A DNA stretch of 64,000 nt from a virus (IMGVR_UViG_3300031470_000033:14222-78221); one strand, 5' to 3'. Positions 28,601-37,112 are shown, counted from the stretch's first letter. A program made the numbers and translations. Notes: generated by a model not told the origin, from the sequence alone.

Positions 28601-28825
28601 CACGCCCAGCACGACGCCCGGTAGAGCAAAGTCAAGGGCATCCCCCAGGGCCGCGCCCAGGGCAACGAACGCGCCCACCACGCCGGCCAGCACGCAGAGG
28701 GCGACCCAGCCGAACTGATCCCAGGGCGCGCCTAGGTCCGCAAGGGGACCTGGCGCGCGGTCGATGTACTGCTTCGTGTGCACGCGCGCGTAGGGCGTCG
28801 CGTGTTCCTGTTCGGCTGTCGTCAT
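25682..28825 (-). CDS. virB4: VirB4-like T4SS ATPase with N-terminal PrgI/VirB3-like membrane segment
   Basis: 1047 aa; GVPNSGKS Walker A, VFDSSGSY, EVIDEGHH Walker B, SRHKR...GTQ; N-terminal TM hairpin. Confidence 0.85.
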   Translation of the reverse strand: MTTAEQEHATPYARVHTKQYIDRAPGPLADLGAPWDQFGWVALCVLAGVVGAFVALGAALGDALDFALPGVVLGVALAYWSTTAREPYLRQIEAFVLRRHRYAQHPPVNPLASWAPPALPPRPARPAWGARRAWAPVAGAWVAWGAAVATAAGRRGLVTLGAVWAALTAPAPSWRVLSGSTDASAGLSLTEDGLLTRPDGRLVEVRAVQGLNLSGRDDEDQARILALFADAAALLAPSQRARVVIDNRAVRGDAALADLNLRQRGLPGHGPTAALLALENEWYTRRYATDIPDRRAYLVLEARRPVGLEVLASRFQRDKAAVEEQRRTEFGHYLTDVSRLYTAMGLDNRRLSPDEMAALLVRSTAAAPTHDEPPPQGREPRQVVTGAPRLDPLHARATALDLHEHAGYVRVAGPWGVRYARSLYVTRLRQTAYPGWVKPLLALPHARVALTIAGLDQTREAGRVERLAGKALAFNETRADRTGGRKVRLSRAEAEHRRTLDETEDPDTNIFQISLIVTVLADSPAALRRRVALAKAALRGAKCGIGQGWFDQLDLYRATLPTADGGDLHLLRDMTAAVATTFPYHTDNPGHTSGMPLGVTSDTKEPVYLNLDATDIGTQQVGVFGVPNSGKSVIMNELTKQSLAEGNGAVVFDSSGSYRPLCALWCGAYLTLLDKERGVTPPALNPWQLYARLNAEARVTEMLTLHETFFGRGESVERLTSWQYATLAAAIRAVYARERGPDEHLYPLEREMIAHLTGLKVPAARKVELENMVLGFSEYVGEGIYASLADREMTADVLAPMVVLDVRHCKGKIAVAAFRIMEGLMELRTAARAHLRRVDGRPALEVEVIDEGHHVIDVAAEHIGTITLESRHKRRRVFFGTQYITHMKASARALDMLNTLPVIIVCNTRNEQVGAEAGSAWLARTLMITEREAGELPGLHVVPPDASADGYAQAYLIVRSQRSSIAKRGKINLEIPDVDLALFTTQPAERDARDAWTAAHGGLWPGVVAAIRARRAARGWTTDLPDLPDLPDAATPADGATPMREAS

Positions 28826-28837
28826 CCGTCCTCCCCG

Positions 28838-29209
28838 TTACCCGGTAATCGCACCGAACTTATCGGTTAGGTACGTCAAGAAGGGACCCAGAATGAAAAA
28901 GACGGCGAACAGGCCAAGAACGGTGCGCATCAGGATCGTGCGCCCCATCTGCACGCCCGCAATCATCAGGACAACGCCAATGACGGCGAGCCCAAGGATG
29001 ATGCCGATGCCACGCTTCAGCACCGCCGTCTTGAAGTCGTCGCCAACCCCAAAGAGTTGGTCGAAAATGTTGGGCGTGCCTCCGTTCCCGCCTCCCCCTG
29101 GAACGGGTGGTCCCGCGACGATAGCGTCCAGCACGCCGTGTGTCGCCGTCAGTCTATGCGCCACAAAGGGCGCTGTCGTATGCAGGACGTGTAGTGTCTC
29201 GTAGATCAT
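28838..29209 (-). CDS. VirB2/TrbC-like pilin
   Basis: 123 aa with two hydrophobic helices separated by a short loop, directly upstream of virB4. Confidence 0.6.
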   Translation of the reverse strand: MIYETLHVLHTTAPFVAHRLTATHGVLDAIVAGPPVPGGGGNGGTPNIFDQLFGVGDDFKTAVLKRGIGIILGLAVIGVVLMIAGVQMGRTILMRTVLGLFAVFFILGPFLTYLTDKFGAITG

Positions 29210-29245
29210 CGTGTGCCCCTCGTCCTTTCCCCGTACACCGTGTAC

Positions 29246-31681
29246 TCAGTCCGCGTCGTCGGTCCAGTCGGTCGCCGTATCCCATCCATCATCGATCTCA
29301 TCCCCCTTACCTCCATCACTCTCCACGTCCTCCTTTTCCTCCTTACCCTCACCGTCATCTTCCGCCACGGCGGACACCGTTTCCGTCGCGCCTCCGGCAG
29401 CGCGACGCAGAGGCGTGTCTAGACTTTTCGACACGCCCCCCGGTCCGCGCGTCGCCTCCTGTTCGCCTAGCAGCGTTGCCAGGGTACAGCGCGCCTTCGC
29501 CGCTGTTACCTCAGCCACCAGCGTCTTATCCGCGAACCAGAACGCAATATGAACTTGAATGGGGCTCCCACCGTTTCGGTGGATCAGGACCGTCCCCTTG
29601 CGCGACAGGGTGCGCACCGTAATGCGTTTGTCCTTGTACTGGCTGGCGTAATAGGCTTTGTCCTCCGCGTTGCTCCGATAGAACTGCGCCTGCATTGTGA
29701 CGTTCGGCCAGATGCGGTCGGCCTTGGCTTTGTACTCCGTGCGAATGTCCCGCCGCCCCTGCGTGGCGAAGTAAATGCCCACGTCTCGGAAGCCCATGGC
29801 GCTAAAGTGCATCTCCATCTCAGGCACCTCGCCCATGTTTGCGAACTCGTCGGCGATGATACGCACGGGCCGGGGCAACGGACGGTTGCCCTCACCCGCG
29901 ATGCGGTCGAACTCTCCCATCGCGCTCGTCAAAAACGTCACCAGGAACGGACGTACCGTCGCGTACGACTTCATGGGCACGGTCACGATGACGACGGTCG
30001 GCTCGGCCACGAACGTGGCCCAGCCCATCTCCATCCCATCCACGCTCTCACCCACCGTCGCACGCTGGTCTAGGGTCTCGGTTTGCAGGCGCTCCATGAC
30101 CTGCCGGTAGCCCGACATGATACCCTGCTTCTGCCGTGGTGACGTGGCCATCCCCGCCAGGGTTTGCACAATATCCGTCAGCGTCTCGTCCCCCGACGCC
30201 TCCACCCGCGCCTTGAGCGCCATTAGCCGCTCGTCCACTTCCTCCTCACTGCCGGCCTCCATCGCTCGATACCACCGCGCCACCGACAGCAGCGAGACCG
30301 CGCGCGGGTCGCGACCCGCCGCCTTTTCCTCGGCGCGCGTCATAATAACGCCCCCCGTCAAGAGGTCGATGGTCCCCTTCGTCCAGTAGTCTGACTCATC
30401 CTTGCCCGTCACCGACCGCACGAAAATAGAGGTGTACGCCTTGACCTGACCTGTACTTGGCATCAACGCCAGCGGATTGTAGCGCAGGCCACCCGCCCGC
30501 ATGGGGTCGTACACGCGCACGCGGTAGCCCCGTGCCCGCAGAATGCCGCCGAACTCCTCGGCCAGCTCTCCCTTCGGGTCGAACAGGATCAGCGACGCCC
30601 GCCGGGCGAGGGGGACCGTTGATTCGGCCAATATCCACGGCGCGAGGAATCCGGCCGTTTTGCCGGCGCGTGTCGCCGCCATGACGCCGCCATGCTGATT
30701 CTGCGCGGAGCGGGCTAGGTACACCATGCGCCCGCTCTGCACGTCGATCCCGAGCGGCCAGTCCCCCGGCTCTCCCGCCAGCCACCCCTCGTCCTCCAAC
30801 TCCTCTTCCGTGGCGAACGGCGGGTCCACCACCACACTCGCCTCTTCGATCGCCTTATCCACCTCCCTCTTGCGCAAGGCTTTGGCGACCTCATCGGCGG
30901 TCGTGACCGGTGCAATCTCCTCCTGAACCCGCTTCTTGATTTCCGCTTTCCTGACCGCCTCGCGGGCCTCGTATTCCTCCAGCGCCGCCGCCCCCTGTAG
31001 CGCGCCCCCGCTCCCCGTTCCTCCTGTAGTAGCGCCGGCCGTGAACGTTTCACGCACGACCGCCATCCTGACGGCGCGGGCGACGGTATCCTTCTCCACT
31101 CCCTCGCGCACCAAATCGGCCAGCGTCGTCGTGTCAAACTCAGCCTTTGCCATCTCGGCGATCTTCGCCTTGCGCGCCTTCTCGCGTGCCTCGTGCATCT
31201 CCAGCGCCCGCGCCTCAACCGACCGCCCCGCCTTGCCCTCCATCCTGGCCCGTTCAGCCGCAACCTTGACGGCCTCGTGCTCGGCCGCAAGGTCCTCACG
31301 CGCCCTCTGCTTCGGCGACTTCCGCGCACGCTCCTCCTTGCGTTGCGCTACCTGCTCGGCCTGCGCTAGTTGCGCGTCGATCTTCGAGACGCGCGACGCG
31401 CGCACGACGCCCCCCGCGACCACGCCGAGGATGATGAGCCCGCCAAGGCCCCCACCTGCCGCCGCCAGCTCAACCGTGACATGCGGGACTGCTGGATCGG
31501 CCCAGCGCGCCTGACCCCACGCCATGAGGGCGTCCGCGTCCAGCCGCAGCAGCGCCGCGTTCAGGGCCGCGTCCAACGCGGGGACGGACGAGCCGGCGTG
31601 CGCGATCACGGGCCGCAGCACCACGCCTGCCGCCGCACACAGACTGGCCCCCAGACCCAGCGCTGTCAGCGTCCCTTTCAT
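29246..31681 (-). CDS. virD4: Type IV coupling protein (VirD4/TraG family)
   Basis: N-terminal TM segments; AATRAGKT Walker A, LFDPKGEL, YNPL, YW, IIADEFANMG Walker B, ATQ. Confidence 0.9.
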   Translation of the reverse strand: MKGTLTALGLGASLCAAAGVVLRPVIAHAGSSVPALDAALNAALLRLDADALMAWGQARWADPAVPHVTVELAAAGGGLGGLIILGVVAGGVVRASRVSKIDAQLAQAEQVAQRKEERARKSPKQRAREDLAAEHEAVKVAAERARMEGKAGRSVEARALEMHEAREKARKAKIAEMAKAEFDTTTLADLVREGVEKDTVARAVRMAVVRETFTAGATTGGTGSGGALQGAAALEEYEAREAVRKAEIKKRVQEEIAPVTTADEVAKALRKREVDKAIEEASVVVDPPFATEEELEDEGWLAGEPGDWPLGIDVQSGRMVYLARSAQNQHGGVMAATRAGKTAGFLAPWILAESTVPLARRASLILFDPKGELAEEFGGILRARGYRVRVYDPMRAGGLRYNPLALMPSTGQVKAYTSIFVRSVTGKDESDYWTKGTIDLLTGGVIMTRAEEKAAGRDPRAVSLLSVARWYRAMEAGSEEEVDERLMALKARVEASGDETLTDIVQTLAGMATSPRQKQGIMSGYRQVMERLQTETLDQRATVGESVDGMEMGWATFVAEPTVVIVTVPMKSYATVRPFLVTFLTSAMGEFDRIAGEGNRPLPRPVRIIADEFANMGEVPEMEMHFSAMGFRDVGIYFATQGRRDIRTEYKAKADRIWPNVTMQAQFYRSNAEDKAYYASQYKDKRITVRTLSRKGTVLIHRNGGSPIQVHIAFWFADKTLVAEVTAAKARCTLATLLGEQEATRGPGGVSKSLDTPLRRAAGGATETVSAVAEDDGEGKEEKEDVESDGGKGDEIDDGWDTATDWTDDAD

Positions 31682-31908
31682 CGGTCACGCTCCTCTGCCC
31701 GTTCCATCTGGCGTTCCTCACGCCGCCTCTCGGCGCGCAGGCGCAGCTTGAGGGTGTCCTCGCGGTCACCCTCTGCCCGCTCCCGCTCGCGCATCACCGT
31801 CCGGTCCATGCGCTCCTCACCGCACACCGTGCAGGCGCGGTACAACGCACCGTCGCGTTCGGTGAACGTCGTGCCCCAGGTATGCCACCCCGTCGCACAT
31901 CCGTTCAT
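31678..31908 (-). CDS. Small hypothetical protein (C...H.W...CxxC)
   Basis: Between relaxase and virD4, ATGA overlap. Confidence 0.5.
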   Translation of the reverse strand: MNGCATGWHTWGTTFTERDGALYRACTVCGEERMDRTVMRERERAEGDREDTLKLRLRAERRREERQMERAEERDR

Positions 31909-31921
31909 CGCTCAATGCTCC

Positions 31922-32698
31922 TCATCGCTCACGCTCCTGTTCGTGCGTCCGCTCAGATAGACGCGTGATGGCGCGCCGGGCCGTGCGCTCCACGACGCGC
32001 GGGCGCTCAACCGTGCGCTCTCGCGTCGGAGCAGAGCAATAGGCCAGGCCCCGGCCTTCCAGGAAGCGCGCATCATCGGTCGTCAGTCGGACCAAGCCTT
32101 GCCCATAGCGGTGGTAGCCCGCGCCGGATAGGGCCACATGCACATGCGGCTTCGGCAAGCCCGCCGCCGTCCAGCCCGCGTGCTGCACGGCCACCCAGCG
32201 CAGCGCGCGGAAGCCTTTGCGCTCACGCAGGTCAGCCAGAACGCGCGTTGTCCAGGCGGGCCACCCATCAGGAGAGACGCGCTCAGTGCTGTGCGGCGAC
32301 AAGACGAGGTGGTGATACCCAACGACCTGCCGGTGCGCCAACACGTAGCCGTGCACGCCCTCCAGCCCTACCAGATGGTGGGATGCGCGTGACACGCCGC
32401 TAGCGCTGTTCGTAGCGGCGCCCATGTCCGGGCTGTCAGCGTGCTCATCATCTCCCGTTGTTAGCGAGGTCAGGCGTGTCGCCACGATATGACCGTCAGC
32501 GTCAAACAGGGGACGGGGCGCAACCAAAGGTTCGTCATGCCCCGTGGCATCCGCGTCCGGCCGCGTCGCCATGTAGGTCAGCAGCGCGCCCAGCCGTCCG
32601 GTCACGCGCCGACGCGCCTCGGGCATTGTCTCGCGCCGCCCGTCCCGCACGCGCATGCGCCGCGCGTAGCTCTCATATCCTTTGAGCGACACAATCAC
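31922..32698 (-). CDS. HUH relaxase (MOB-P/MobL-like, short)
   Basis: LTYMATRP catalytic Tyr motif, YHHLVLSP, WVAVQH...PHVHVAL metal-binding motif; adjacent to MobC-like gene and virD4. Confidence 0.8.
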   Translation of the reverse strand: MIVSLKGYESYARRMRVRDGRRETMPEARRRVTGRLGALLTYMATRPDADATGHDEPLVAPRPLFDADGHIVATRLTSLTTGDDEHADSPDMGAATNSASGVSRASHHLVGLEGVHGYVLAHRQVVGYHHLVLSPHSTERVSPDGWPAWTTRVLADLRERKGFRALRWVAVQHAGWTAAGLPKPHVHVALSGAGYHRYGQGLVRLTTDDARFLEGRGLAYCSAPTRERTVERPRVVERTARRAITRLSERTHEQERER

Positions 32699-33105
32699 GA
32701 CGCCACTCCCACGTCCTCTGTCCCCGTTCCCGTTCCTGTGTCACCCACATCTGCCGTCAACACGAATAAAGGATTGTCCTGGCCGGCGCCGCGCCTGCGC
32801 CATTCGTTGACACGTTCCTCCATGCGCGCCCGCTCCTCTGTCCGTAGTAGAACGCTGTACTCCAACAGGCGCCGCATATCGGCCCGCGCCCGCGCCGTGT
32901 CCGTGGTGATAGCCCGCAACGCCTCAGCTACTTCGTCGCGCAGCGGCCCCTCGTCGTCCCGTGCGATTTCGCGCTCAATGGCCGCGATTACGAAGTCTTG
33001 CAAGCTCACGCCACGGCGCGCCGCCGCCAGTTTGGCCGCGTCTCGTACCAGCAGGGAGCCACGCGCGATAATCTGCACCTGCCCCCGTGTCGTGTCGGCG
33101 CTCAT
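32695..33105 (-). CDS. MobC-like ribbon-helix-helix relaxosome accessory protein
   Basis: VQIIARGSLLVRDAAKLAAARRGVSLQDFVIAAIERE; overlaps relaxase start. Confidence 0.65.
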   Translation of the reverse strand: MSADTTRGQVQIIARGSLLVRDAAKLAAARRGVSLQDFVIAAIEREIARDDEGPLRDEVAEALRAITTDTARARADMRRLLEYSVLLRTEERARMEERVNEWRRRGAGQDNPLFVLTADVGDTGTGTGTEDVGVAS

Positions 33106-33259
33106 TGTGGTTTCCTCGACCTACCCTATCTATCGTCCGTGTACGTCACAGCATCTGTGCTATCAGGCGTGCTATCGCTGTTATGGTGTGTGTTGAGTGG
33201 ACGTGATAGCAGCGCGACCTGCACGCTTTAGCTTGCCTATTCGCGCCTATCGCCCTCAT

Positions 33260-33850
33260 CTACCGCGCCCCCACAGGCGCCGACACCGCAGGCAACCCCA
33301 CCACGGCGCGTATGCCGGTGAACAGCGCATCGTGGGCCGCAGGGACGTAGGCCACCAGCACGAGGGCGATACAGGCTATCGTGATGAGGCCAGCGACCAG
33401 TGTGGCGACCAAGCTATCTGAGCGGAAGTGAAACCAGCGAGGGGTGATATGCCAGTGCGTCCACAGTCCGGGAATCAGAGGCACGCCATCTTTGGTCATG
33501 GCGTCTTCAGCGAGGTGCAGCAGCCCACCAGCCCACCAGGCACCCACCAGGGGCGCGAGCCAGGGAGCGTTCGTCCCCGACGTGGCGTAGACGCTCAGGG
33601 CGGCTAGGGCCACCCACAGCGGCACAAGATGCGTCAGCCCGCGATGGCCGAATGACACCTGGCGCACCAGCCACGAAAGCCAGGGCACGCGCGATGATAA
33701 CAAAGAATGCTCGGTATCGAGGTCGGGAGTCAGACCGGCAATCCCCGCCACAATGGCGCAGGGCGCAAGCATCCAGGGAGACGCCCCTACCAGAGGCACA
33801 GAGGCCGCGCCTAACGCGGTCGCTGATAGACCGTGCGGAACTCCGTTCAT
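33260..33850 (-). CDS. Membrane metal-dependent hydrolase (YdjM-like)
   Basis: H near N-terminus, PDLD, GHRGLTH, HLAEDAMTKDGVP motifs; hydrophobic. Confidence 0.8.
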   Translation of the reverse strand: MNGVPHGLSATALGAASVPLVGASPWMLAPCAIVAGIAGLTPDLDTEHSLLSSRVPWLSWLVRQVSFGHRGLTHLVPLWVALAALSVYATSGTNAPWLAPLVGAWWAGGLLHLAEDAMTKDGVPLIPGLWTHWHITPRWFHFRSDSLVATLVAGLITIACIALVLVAYVPAAHDALFTGIRAVVGLPAVSAPVGAR

Positions 33851-33956
33851 TCCCTACCCCTTTCTATGCGACAATCGCTGCCGCTTCATGGCATCAGTGT
33901 AGCATAATGTTCCCAACGTATACCAACTATAATACGAGAGAAACGGCAACGGTAGC

Positions 33957-34247
33957 ATGTCAGGGGGTGAATATGTGAGAATAGGTGCAGAAACACTGCG
34001 TCGGCGATTAGTGAGGAGAGTTCTGTCAGTGCCACGTAAGGCGCGCGAGGGCTTTGAATGGGTATCGTCCTATGTCCCCATTCAGGTGTATCGCACGCTC
34101 ATTGACATTGCTCGCGCCGAAGGGCGCACCAAATCGGTCATGGCATGGCGGCTGATGGCAGAGGCGATGAAGGCTAGGGGACACGATGTCGATGCGGACT
34201 TCCCCGACCCCACACGCGGCGCACCCCCGTCAGCGCCACCGAACTAA
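33957..34247 (+). CDS. Small ribbon-helix-helix regulator (divergent)
   Basis: WVSSYVPIQVYRTLIDIARAEGRTKSVMAWRLMAEAM; true start may be GTG near 34030. Confidence 0.55.
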   Translation: MSGGEYVRIGAETLRRRLVRRVLSVPRKAREGFEWVSSYVPIQVYRTLIDIARAEGRTKSVMAWRLMAEAMKARGHDVDADFPDPTRGAPPSAPPN

Positions 34248-34266
34248 CCTGTCCATACTGAAACAG

Positions 34267-34299
34267 AGAGGGGTGGTAGCTATCGGCTACCACCCCTCT
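34267..34299. terminator. Bidirectional terminator between convergent genes
   Basis: AGAGGGGTGGTAGC-tatcg-GCTACCACCCCTCT with T-runs on both sides. Confidence 0.7.
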
Positions 34300-34325
34300 T
34301 TCACGGCCTTAATATTGGAGGCGCG

Positions 34326-34778
34326 TCAGATATGGGGTTGACCATGCATCGCCATCCACTCCGCGATGTAGTCTTCCATGGTTTCTTCCATCACCTCCTA
34401 CATCTTGCGATCTTCCTGAGCCGCCACCCGGCGCATGCGCCTCACCAAACTAGCGCGGACAGCAAAGCCATGGGGTTTGCGCTCTGGGCCTTCGACCGGG
34501 ACATACTGTTTGTTGGTCAGAGATGCCCCTTCGGCTAGATAGCGCCGAATGTACTCTTTCTCAACCGTGCTAACTGAAGCCCTATCCACCGTAGCGAGGA
34601 TATGCATGTGCGGGCGTTTACCCTCTGAGCGGATGGCAGATATCCATCCAGCGTTAAGGCCGTCATGGTTGTTGATGTGGCTAGTTAACCGCATAGCTGG
34701 CTGTGTTGTTTGCCCGACATATCGCACCACGCCCAGGTGGTCCATCAGGGCGTAAACGTACACCGCATCATCCATCAC
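34326..34778 (-). pseudogene. GIY-YIG nuclease-RHH fusion whose RHH is interrupted by an in-frame TAG at 34398-34400
   Basis: VYVYAL..RYVGQT..RLTSH..EKEYI..LTN; C-terminus ERKPHGFAVRASLVRRMRRVAAQEDRKM*EVMEETMEDY matches the ParG-like gene, which has TAC (Tyr) at the stop. Confidence 0.7.
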
Positions 34779-34822
34779 GGCTTACCCCGTATGCGACGAC
34801 AAACTCGCGTAGCGCCTGCACG

Positions 34823-35542
34823 TCAACCCTCCTCACGTTGCAGGTATTGAGTCATAGCCTCGTCCATGACTTCGTAGAGCTTGCGCTTCTTTTTGATAGC
34901 GACGATCTTCAGCCGGTCTACTAAATCGGGGGACACTGCGATCCCGCGCGCACCTGAAACAGGCGTGGACAAGGGCGCCTCCTGTTTTTCTTGCTGCGCC
35001 AGATATAACTCAACCGCCTCTTCCAGCGCATCGTACAGTTTGAAATGCCGGCGCACAGCTACGATCCGCAGTCGTTGGCGCAAATCTTCTCGCAACTGCA
35101 TCGCCGCCACCGAACGAGTCAGTGCCGTCAGGGGTGGTTTTGGAATAGACCGCTGCATATCTAGCATTTCAGCCGCCGTGATGGTTATGCCGCTAAAGCC
35201 TCCCCACATGAGCGTGTAATAGGGATTGTATTGTGAGTTGGTCAGTGGTTCCCCTTGCGTGACGTATCGGACGATATACCTCTTCTCGCAGGCATGCGCT
35301 TCATCCCGAGGCACAAGGTCAAGCACGCGCATTAATGGGGGCAAACCGTGTTCTTTCAACCCGTTGATCCACGCCATCTTAATCGGCGTGCCAACAGGGG
35401 TCTGCCAATGAGCAGCAAGGCGGTTCGTCATCGACTCTTCACTCGCCTCCTCAACCTGGCCGATATAGCAGGTAGCACCACAGGGGTCTTCAAGCCCATA
35501 GATAACGGCCGTCCTACTCGGAATATCCAATGAAACGTCCAT
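34823..35542 (-). CDS. GIY-YIG nuclease fused to two tandem RHH domains
   Basis: VIYGL..CYIGQ..RLAAH..EKRYI..LTN; then LREDLRQRLRIVAVRRHFKLYDALEEA and VSPDLVDRLKIVAIKKKRKLYEVMDEA. Confidence 0.8.
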   Translation of the reverse strand: MDVSLDIPSRTAVIYGLEDPCGATCYIGQVEEASEESMTNRLAAHWQTPVGTPIKMAWINGLKEHGLPPLMRVLDLVPRDEAHACEKRYIVRYVTQGEPLTNSQYNPYYTLMWGGFSGITITAAEMLDMQRSIPKPPLTALTRSVAAMQLREDLRQRLRIVAVRRHFKLYDALEEAVELYLAQQEKQEAPLSTPVSGARGIAVSPDLVDRLKIVAIKKKRKLYEVMDEAMTQYLQREEG

Positions 35543-36051
35543 TATGCCCGCACCTCGTGCTTGCCGATGAAATCGCGTAGCGCCTCCTCCATCGCTTCAT
35601 AAAGCGGTCGCTGCTGCTTCGCAGCAATTGACTTGACCCCAGCCACCAAATCAAGGTCGAGAGCATACCCCCGATTACGACGCCTAATATCGTCGTAATC
35701 ATCAAATTCAGGGTCAACGAAAAACATGCCAGCAAGAGGATTATGCATTCTATTCGTCAGGAGAACACCAGCAGCCGCACAATCCTCTATGTACCGCTTC
35801 TCTTCGGCATCGGCATCCAACTTGGAAACCGTCGTCAATATACGTACTCCCGGCATTAAGTCGTCATGCATGAGTCTTCGCAAGACCGACCGCTGCGCTC
35901 TACTGGCAGACGTTAACCGCATGTGCTGTATCAATCGCGCATCAGGGTCAAGACTCTGACCGATGTAGAAAATGCAGTTTTTGTTCAGCGGGTCTGTTAA
36001 ACCGTAAATATAAACAACGGCCGCGTCACACGTTGCCATGACTAATCTCAT
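35542..36051 (-). CDS. GIY-YIG nuclease fused to one RHH domain
   Basis: YIYGL..FYIGQS..RLIQH..EKRYI..LTN; C-terminal GYALDLDLVAGVKSIAAKQQRPLYEAMEEALRDF. Confidence 0.8.
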   Translation of the reverse strand: MRLVMATCDAAVVYIYGLTDPLNKNCIFYIGQSLDPDARLIQHMRLTSASRAQRSVLRRLMHDDLMPGVRILTTVSKLDADAEEKRYIEDCAAAGVLLTNRMHNPLAGMFFVDPEFDDYDDIRRRNRGYALDLDLVAGVKSIAAKQQRPLYEAMEEALRDFIGKHEVRA

Positions 36052-36343
36052 TACGGGCGAGGAAATCCTCCATGGCTTCTTCCATCACCTCGTACATCTT
36101 GCGATCTTTTTGAGCCGCCACCCGGCGCATGCGCTTCACCAAGCCAACGCGTACTGCAAAACCATGAGGCTTACGCTCACCGTCATCCACCTTAGCGGGA
36201 GTTGCCCCGGATGCGGGCTTGCTATCCTGCATATCTGCACTTATAGCGCCCTCGGTCGATAGCCGCACGCCACGACCGCGCCGTATCTCTGGCAGGGGGG
36301 CGGGCGCGTTGAGGAGGGCGTCCAGGTCTTTCTTAGACGGCAT
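36026..36343 (-). CDS. ParG-like (type Ib) centromere-binding RHH protein
   Basis: Flexible N-terminal tail then KPHGFAVRVGLVKRMRRVAAQKDRKMYEVMEEAMEDFL; ATG 36343 overlaps parA stop. Confidence 0.7.
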   Translation of the reverse strand: MPSKKDLDALLNAPAPLPEIRRGRGVRLSTEGAISADMQDSKPASGATPAKVDDGERKPHGFAVRVGLVKRMRRVAAQKDRKMYEVMEEAMEDFLARNEISHGNV

Positions 36344-37112
36344 AGCGTACCCCCACTTCCGCAGCAAGCGCGGTGTAGGCGGACGCCCCCATGCTCGTCG
36401 GCGCATACCGAGCAATGGGCAATCCGGCCAACGGCGCTTCAGCCAGGCTGATGTTGGTCGGAATGACCGTATTGAACACGAGGTCGCCGTAGCGATCCCG
36501 CACCTTACGCTCAATAGCGTCGGCTAGCTTCGTCCGTGTTGCCAGCGTGCACACCACACCGCCGACATGGAGCGGCGGATTCAAGTCGCGCACCAGCGCG
36601 ATGGTCGCTTCGAGTTGGGGCAACGCCCTGAATGAATAAGCATGCAGTTGGAACGGCACCAGCGCCGCATCGGCCGCGGCGAGCGCATTGAGCGTGAACA
36701 AGCCCAACGACGGCGGCGGGTCAATCAGGATGTAATCGTATCGTGCCCGCACGTCAACGAGCGCCTTGCGCAGCAAGAGTTCGCGCCCGACCTTGCCTGC
36801 GAGTTCCATTTCGGCGCCCGCCAATGCAAGCGTTGAAGGGATCAAGTCTAGATGTCCCGTTGTATTCAATCCCCCAGCGTTGGGCACAATGGCAAAGTCC
36901 GCGCCCCGCTCGGGGTTCAGCAAAACTTCATAAATGCTGAACTGCAAGGCGTCGGGATCAAGACCTAACCCCTGCGTAAGATTGGCTTGAGGGTCTAGGT
37001 CGATCAGCAACACACGCGCTCCCCTATCCGCGAGCGCCACACCCACGGAGAGCGTCGTCGTCGTCTTACCAACACCGCCCTTCTGCATCGTTGAAGCTAG
37101 AATATACCCCAT
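36333..37112 (-). CDS. parA: ParA/Soj partition ATPase (no N-terminal HTH, type Ib)
   Basis: QKGGVGKTTT, LIDLDPQANLT, YILIDPPPSLG, VIPTNISLAEAP. Confidence 0.95.
   Translation of the reverse strand: MGYILASTMQKGGVGKTTTTLSVGVALADRGARVLLIDLDPQANLTQGLGLDPDALQFSIYEVLLNPERGADFAIVPNAGGLNTTGHLDLIPSTLALAGAEMELAGKVGRELLLRKALVDVRARYDYILIDPPPSLGLFTLNALAAADAALVPFQLHAYSFRALPQLEATIALVRDLNPPLHVGGVVCTLATRTKLADAIERKVRDRYGDLVFNTVIPTNISLAEAPLAGLPIARYAPTSMGASAYTALAAEVGVRYAV

Noticed and set aside
4318-28624. Long plus-strand ORFs such as 4318-5256, 7615-8670 and 27338-28624
   Set aside because: Antisense shadows of well-supported minus-strand genes in high-GC DNA; no motifs or RBS
34398-34400. TAG recoding (alternative genetic code)
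   Set aside because: TAG is the normal stop for MCP, terL and other genes; only one in-frame TAG was found
34375-36176. Repeat pair as DGR template/variable regions
   Set aside because: No reverse transcriptase; differences are mostly synonymous third-position changes, not adenine-specific
36221-36228. TATCCTGC resembling the RP4-type nic site
   Set aside because: Lies inside the parG coding sequence 3 kb from mobC/relaxase with no adjacent inverted repeat; likely chance
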